In this document: positions 57,694 through 64,000 of the stretch, piece by piece
How the letters are laid out: the number at the start of each line of letters is the position of its first letter
Position numbering within the stretch: the stretch's first letter is position 1
Assembly (NCBI GenBank): GCA_907165135.1
Contig: OU015569.1
Location: 744,001-808,000, forward strand
Length of the DNA stretch: 64,000 nt
Direction of reading: 5' to 3'
Origin: Oikopleura dioica
Taxonomy: Eukaryota; Animalia; Chordata
Translations under genes and position numbers: made by a program
Notes under the pieces: generated by a model
Databases searched by the model: none
What the model was told of the DNA's origin: nothing
The model's input: only the letters and a program-made list of their open reading frames with translations

Positions 57694-59818
57694 ATGGAAT
57701 ACGAGCAGGCGACCACTTCGCAGGAGCAGGAAGAACCCGTCTATGCTGAGTTGAAAACCGTGGTGCTTGAAGAAGTTCCTGATGATGCCACCTTGCAGGC
57801 AGGAACTTCTGGCGCGATCGACGGACATTTCGGAATGTTTTAAGCTTCACGCTCTTTTTCAGATTTGAGTAAGATATCATCTGAAAGCTCTTTTTATAAA
57901 TTATTAGCCGGTAAAATTGTCGGTTTTTTTGTAGTGGTGGCGCTTCACTTGTCAGGTGCGCGCCTTGGCCAATCAGCGCGCGCTATTTTTGTAAAGTTTT
58001 AAAACATGAAAAGTCGAGAACGCTGGCTTGGCCCAGGATGTTCAATTTCAAGTGGGTGAGGATATTCCTGGATTTTACGATGGACCGTGGACACCTGGCC
58101 AGGACATGGTCCCTGAGTTTCCAGAGTATCCTGAGCAACCTGAGCAACCTGCTGAGCAGGCCCCCCAGTTTCCTCAGTATCCTGAGCAAGCTCCTCCTGA
58201 GCAGGCCCCTCAGCATCCTCGGTATCCGGTGCAACCTGAGCAACCTGCTGAGCAGGCCCCTCAGTATCCACAGTATCCTGAGCAGCCTCCTCCTCAGCCA
58301 GAAGGCATCAGACCTCAACAGCAGCATCTCAATGTCCCCTCAAGCATCTCAATGGGCCCTCAGTATCCACAGGCCCCTCAGTATCCTCAGTATCCTCAGC
58401 AGCATCCTGAGCAGGTTCTCTCTCCAGAAGAGATCCAACATGAACGGGACCATCTCAACGGCCAGATTCAATACGTCAGGGGTGCAGTTGCCGAGGCAAT
58501 CAAGAAGCAGCCCTCTTTGAGCGGCATGTATCAGCACATCCACTGCCTTGCCATCGCAGAATGTTTCACCAAGGAGTTCGCGGAGATTTATACCAATATC
58601 TACGTGCACTTCATGGTCGAGCACAACCTCTCTCGACAACCAACCGAGGAGCTCAACAAAATGGGCTCTCAGATCGCGTTGAATTACGTGATCAATTACT
58701 CGTGCGTGTTCAGTAAGCCCTATCAAAACTACCCGCCGGTAAGTTCTTCAAAAAAAATATCGTCAATTAAATCAATCGTTAAAGCCCCACCACCATCAAT
58801 TCCACCACCATCTTCAACACCAACAGCATCATCAACAGCTCATTCAAAATACTCCTGGGCCATCAAGAATGATGCATTGGCCTACAAGACAGCCCATTGT
58901 CCAAGACCTGAAGTGGAATCGCCAGCTCCAGCGAATGCAGCCACAGTCACAGCCATCTACTTCGGGCTATTCCAACCAAGGTAAAAGTTTTTTCTTCCTT
59001 GATTTCAAATGTTAAATTCGCTTTTTAGGAAATTACTCAGGACCACCCCGAAAAATCCTCAAAACTGAACAAGTGGCTCAGGTAAAGAAAGCTCTTTTAC
59101 TAATAAACCTGTGTAAAAAACCTGAGTCAGGGTTCAATTAAGATTTTTGAGCACTCGGAGCCAGGTCTTCAATCATTTTTTTAGCAGGAAGATGACGAGG
59201 AGGAAATGGCAATCCTCGAAGAGGTCCCCACTCCTCCAATTCACACTCTTCCCCGTGACGACGCTAAGTTTGGAAAGTGGCCCTTCGAGCAGCCAAACGC
59301 GTACGGCTACATCAACGACCCCAAAAAGCCGCACGATCTCTTCTCGGTTTTCGAGCCGCACTTGATCCACAAGGATTTCCAGCACATGGAAAGAATGAAG
59401 GCGGCTAAAGAAGGTAATAACCTTTTCATTTTCAACGTTCAATTTTTGATTTCTTCTATTAGAGCAAGCAAAATCCGCCCAGGATGATCAACCGGGGCCT
59501 TCGGGACTCCAAAACATCAAGACCGAAAGAGCCGCGGAAGACGCTATCCCCGCCCCAGGCCATGGCTACACTTGCTTGCCCGTCCAGTGCGACGTGATCA
59601 AGCCAAAGTGCATCAAGTTGCTGGACGGCACCACCTACGTCAACGGAGTTGAAGTCGACAAGAACTCCATCGTCCAGAAACAAACTTACAAGAAGCTCCC
59701 CTCCTTCGTGCCCTCTGTCACTCGCTCACAAGTTGCTGCTGGCGAGCAAATGGCTGCGGAAGGAGAAGAATCTCCATTCGACCCCAAGCCCTACTGGAAC
59801 ACGGATGCTGCTTTTTAA
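57694..59818 (+). CDS. Uncharacterised protein with P/Q/E/Y-rich tandem repeats
   Basis: MEYEQATTSQ...; exon with PEYPEQPEQPAEQAPQFPQYPEQ repeated; downstream exons in frame to ...PKPYWNTDAAF*. Confidence 0.75.
58119..58400 (+). repeat. Coding tandem repeat (cctgagcaacctgctgagcaggcccc...cagtatcctgagca units)
   Basis: Two longer near-copies plus shorter cctcagtat units. Confidence 0.85.
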
Positions 59819-59924
59819 ACCTGCATCTATTTTTTATCCGTCTCTTTTCAGAGGTAATTTGTCGTGAATATGGTGGAGTGCTTCATTGGCTGTAACATGT
59901 AGCATATATATATTTATAATCTAA

Positions 59925-60200
59925 CGCACAAAAAATATCATAAAAATGACAAAAAAACGATAAAAATTCTAAAATCATCAAAAAAATTGAAAAATTTTTG
60001 CAAAAAAAAAGTCATAAAAAATATAAAAATTCAAAAATCAACAAAAAAATTCAAAAAATTTTTGAAAAAAATCATAAAAAATAAAAAAATTCAAAAACCA
60101 AAACGAAAAAAAAATCAACTATTGTAATCGTGAAAAAGTAAAAAATCTAAAAAAGCCAAAAAAAATCTCAAAATCCCGAAAAAAGTATTAAAAATAACTA
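59925..60200. repeat. A-rich degenerate tandem repeat
   Basis: Recurring aaaaaat(c)ataaaaaat..aaaaattcaaaaa units. Confidence 0.7.
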
Positions 60201-60730
60201 TAATCTGCACTATAATCTTTCTACAGTTATCTTCCTGTCTATCTAATCTGAATAAATGATAAACCCAGTTAGCAAAAAAACGCTCTCTTGATTTAATTTA
60301 TCGCAGAAACGCGTTGTATTTGAGCAATGTTCGCGCAGTTCTGAAGTGCTGGCACTTTCGAGTGCTCAAATAGAGATCTATGTCAAACGTTGACATTCGA
60401 ATCAATTTGTCAGTAGGAGTTTTTGAAGCAGCGATTGTGTGTTTAGGCGAGCAGATTATCTCCGGTCATGTCTATTATCTCCGCGATAGATGCGCTCGAT
60501 TCCAGCTTGATTTTCGTATAATAGCATGTAATAACAACATATCTCCAAATGGAAAAGGCTTTGTCTTCAAGCTCTTTTGTCACTGACAAGGTAATTTTTA
60601 CCATCAACAATCTTTCTGTCTCAGAAGCTCAAGGTTTCAAGGTCAAAATTTTCCTTTCAGAATTAACAGCCCTTATTATATGATATGCCTTCATCTTTGA
60701 AAATGCCGCTCTCGTTTAAGATCTTTCATG

Positions 60731-60976
60731 CTGAGCTCGGCAACCTGTGTTGAAAACCTGAGTCAGGGTCTGAAAGAACTGAAATGAAAAGCCGCGCAGC
60801 GGCTTTTTCAAAAACGAAGCCGCAAAGCGGCTTCGCTAATATTACCATTTTTAACCTATCAAAAATTCTGGCGAAGCCGCTTTGCGGCTTCGTTTTTAAA
60901 AAAGCCGCAAAGCGGCTTTTAATTTCAGTTCTTTCAGACCCTGACTCAGGTTTTCAACACAGGTCGCCGTGCCCAT
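60731..60976. mobile_element. MITE family A copy with 7/8 TSD (ctttcatg/ctttcagg)
   Basis: ctgagctcggcaacctgtgttgaaaacctgagtcagg ... cctgactcaggttttcaacacaggtcgccgtgcccat. Confidence 0.9.
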
Positions 60977-61602
60977 CTTTCAGGATCCTGACTCTTCCAG
61001 TGTAGGAAAAAAAGTCATCTTCTGATAGACTAGAATCAGTTTTGTCCAACTGGGCTCAGTCTCCATGACAAAATGGCCGTTTACGGCGATTTACGCGTTT
61101 GCTCAGGATTCCTTATCGCTTCGAATACTGGCTTGACAGTATCGCTCCTGTGAAATCGGGACTAGAAGCAGCGTTGAACTTGTAGCTCTGGGCGCGGGGA
61201 GGCCATAAATTATGGCTCGTAATGATACAATTTACAAGTCATTACAAGTCGTCAATAATTAAAGCGGACGATCTTTTCGAGGACGATCTCGTCTGCGTTA
61301 CAATTGGTTTGCGTAGCGCAACCATGGCAGCGTCGCAGTCCGTTCTCAAACAAGAAAAAAATAAAAAAAAAGAAAAAAAAAACGATTCGGTCAGGAGTCA
61401 AGTGAGCCGTCCTGGACCCAACAATACCTCAATTAGATCAACAAGTTCTCCGAACTTCAGAGAAGAAAAAAACACGGCGGCTGGTGGAGTTCTGTTGATT
61501 CTTTTTTCTGGTGTTTGAATTCGAGCAATAAAACGAGATGAGATAAGAGAAGAAGGCAAATGAAAGAGATATTTTGAAGAAGATGCGGAGCTGGCTGAGA
61601 AA

Positions 61603-64000
61603 ATGACAACCGGATCTATGAATAAAAAGGGGCCGAATCCGGCGGGCCGCGTTGCCCATCATCAGGGCAGTAAAGAATTAAGGGACTTGACAGACGACCG
61701 CTACGGGTGAGTTCTGCGCACACACGCGTTCGTGGCACACACAGTAATCCAATAATCCACTTTCGCGTGTTTTTATCTTCATTTTTTCCAAAAAGAGAGA
61801 ACTTTCAAAATTTCAATTCGTAGCCCACTGCGACGGCCGAAGACGATCACCTTTTACAAAAATGGAGACCGCAACTTTCAGGGCAAGACCATCCAGGTAC
61901 CCGAGCATTATAGAAAGTGCTTCTTAGATTCAGATAACGCCCCATCGCTACCTCAACTTCGAGGAATTGATGACCGATCTGTCGAAGAAGCTCAACCTGC
62001 CGTACGGCGTCAGGCCTGGTTGATCAGAGATTTTTTCCATTCTGTTCTCTGGTCATTGAGAAGCCAGAGGCAAGTGCCCTACTTGAGTATTGCTCAAGTA
62101 CGTCGTGACAGGGCCACCAATGCAACCGACCAAACAAAAATTTAAGACCAACAATATTCTTGTCCCACCACTATTCCCACTTCTTCTCAATAATTAACCT
62201 CTTCACTTGATTGAAATCAATTTCTCGATTTCGGAATGCTGATTCGCAATAAACAAAAAAATGCTGAACACAGCGGCTCGGAATTTGAAAAGGGGGTAGA
62301 TTTCTGGGCAACCTGTGTAGGAAACCTGAGTCAGGTTCTGAAAAGCAAAAATGAAAAGCCGCGTAGCGGCTTTATAAAAAACCGAAGCCGCAAAGCGGCT
62401 TCGCAATTCAATCACTATTATCTATTTTTAAACACTGGCGAAGCCGCTCCGCGGCTTCGTTTATTTAAAAAGCCGCTACGCGGCTTTTCATTTTTGATTT
62501 TCAGAACCTAACTCAGGTTTTCTATACACGTTGCCGACCCAGATTAAGAGGCGAAGCCGCTACGCGGCTTTGTTAAAAAAAAGCCGCTGCGCGGCTTTTC
62601 AGTTAAGCTTTTCAGAACCTGAGTCAGGTTTTTACACAGGTTTTTTGTGTACGAAGTAAATCAAGGGCAAGTGATCAACCTTTTGACAAGAAAAATCTAC
62701 TCCTTGGATGGAAAACTCGTGGAAGACATCGAAAAGCTGCAAAATGACCAAGCGTATGTCTGTGCGGGTTTCGAGAAGTGGAAAAAGGTTGAATACGGTC
62801 AGTGGATGCGATCACAGAAAAGGGCACGAATCGTTTTATTGTTATACTTTCAGCTGATTGAGTTTAAAATTGAATTAACCGCATGATTCTTCTTCTTCTT
62901 TTCGAGCTTTTCGTAACTTGAATTTAACAGCACGAGCTTTTACCAAAATGCACAAACACGGATCAAGCATGAAGCGATCCATAGGAAATACGCGAGCTAC
63001 TTCATAAGTTATAAGAGTATTTCTAACCCTCCTTCCAAACAGAAAAACTCGAGCAACGCAGCCGGAACAGAATGCACAAGACCAACCACTCACTGCCCAG
63101 CCACTCGAACACTTCCGGCGGCGTCTCTCCCTACCGCAACTCGAATCCAGGTGAGCCAAGAACAAGTCAATTGAATTTCCCAAAAAAAATGAGAAAGAAA
63201 AAAAGAGAGTTGCTTCCCAAAAAAGTCCACTTCAAAATTTCAGCAATGGTGTTCAACGCTCGCCACGGGCATCCAGACTTTTCCCAGTTCAACAAGAATC
63301 GCAGCCTGCTTTTTATCCTCGCAAATACGACACCGCCCGTCATGGTAAAAAATAGAACACACGGGCGATTTTGATTTATTGCGCTTCAGAAAAACATGAT
63401 CGTTTCCAAACAGCATGTCACGCAACTTGGACCGTTTATTCAAGAAATTTCCAATCATTTAGGAAGACCCAAGGTAAATCCCATTGTACAGTAGTAGGAA
63501 ATCCGCAATTTTATAGTGGAAAAACGATCGAATAAGCCGCATCTTCACGATAAGAGGAGAGCAAGTAAAAGACGTCGATACTTTTTTCTCTGAACAAGAT
63601 GTTTTCATCGCCGTCGGACATGGAGAAATCCTTAGATCTGCTGAAAAACACAGGTATGCCCTTAATTAATTCTTGGTTCTGCAACCTGTGTAGAAACCTG
63701 AGTCAGGTTCCTTCCCTTTACCAAAATGACCATCTCGATCTTATTTTTAAAGCTCTTCCAGGACCCTGACACAGGTTTTTACACAGGTTGTCGAGCCCAT
63801 ATTATTATGAAAAAAAAATACTACCCCGGGAGGGTCCTTGTTGATTTCTTCTTTTTGAATGAATTTGACAATTGAATAATTTGAATTGCTGTCGAACAGG
63901 CGACTAATGCCTCTCCTAATAGAATTATGGAATCTCTGTATCCGGACTCAAAGTACCGCCGCCGAGTGATAAAAGAATACGAAGACGCGCGCGCCTCGCC
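61603..64000 (+). CDS. Tandem doublecortin (DCX)-domain protein (DCX/DCLK/DCDC2-like), truncated at window end
   Basis: DCX1: RPKTITFYKNGDRNFQG..ITPHRYLNFEELMTDLSKKLNLPYGVRKIYSLDG..IEKLQNDQAYVCAG. DCX2: ISRIFTIRGEQVKDVDTFFSEQDVFIAVG. Confidence 0.9.
62305..62645. mobile_element. MITE family A copy plus half copy in DCX-gene intron
   Basis: ctgggcaacctgtgtaggaaacctgagtcagg ... cacgttgccgacccag, then gcgaagccgctacgcggc...cctgagtcagg. Confidence 0.85.
63676..63798. mobile_element. MITE family A, short copy in DCX-gene intron
   Basis: gcaacctgtgtagaaacctgagtcagg ... ccctgacacaggtttttacacaggttgtcgagccc. Confidence 0.8.

Noticed and set aside
60330-61400. Short ORFs upstream of the DCX gene
   Set aside because: No recognisable domain and no consistent exon chain.
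5062-63798. Recurrent palindromes as a CRISPR array, bacterial REP elements or rho-independent terminators
   Set aside because: They are dispersed, mostly intronic or intergenic in spliced eukaryotic genes, lack regular repeat-spacer periodicity, and several have TIR plus TSD structure.
1-64000. Autonomous transposon, retroelement, rRNA, tRNA, snRNA or SL RNA gene
   Set aside because: No DDE transposase, RT, integrase or Rep/helicase motifs in any ORF, and no recognisable structural RNA signature found by eye. A covariance-model scan would be needed to exclude small RNAs.

Overview
Compact eukaryotic genomic DNA, not prokaryotic. It has 40-60 nt introns, some GA-AG/GG-AG/GC-AG introns, co-oriented genes 60-230 bp apart with TTTCAG-type acceptors upstream of ATGs, and dense palindromic MITE-like repeats. 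This pattern points to the appendicularian tunicate Oikopleura dioica (inference). Gene models were stitched by hand, so spans are ATG-to-stop including introns and some ends are approximate. Recognisable genes: a U1/matrin-type zinc-finger protein, a J-domain protein, a class A GPCR, an EGF-ZP-TM protein, B3GALT6, KIAA0319-like, a VWA-collagen, a nucleoside hydrolase, DENND4 with a nested antisense chromodomain-like gene, a 2-RRM protein, an OST3/OST6 (MAGT1/TUSC3) + STT3B cluster and a tandem-DCX protein (truncated by the window end). At least four non-autonomous DNA-transposon families are present, and no transposase was seen. Main highlights: (1) a TIR element with target-site duplication that forms a seamless spliceosomal intron (introner) at 15397-15641; (2) palindromic elements whose arms are locus-specific yet self-symmetric; (3) an operon-like OST-B subunit pair; (4) a nested antisense gene in DENND4; (5) a GPCR with a Cys-rich ectodomain separated from the receptor by a furin site.
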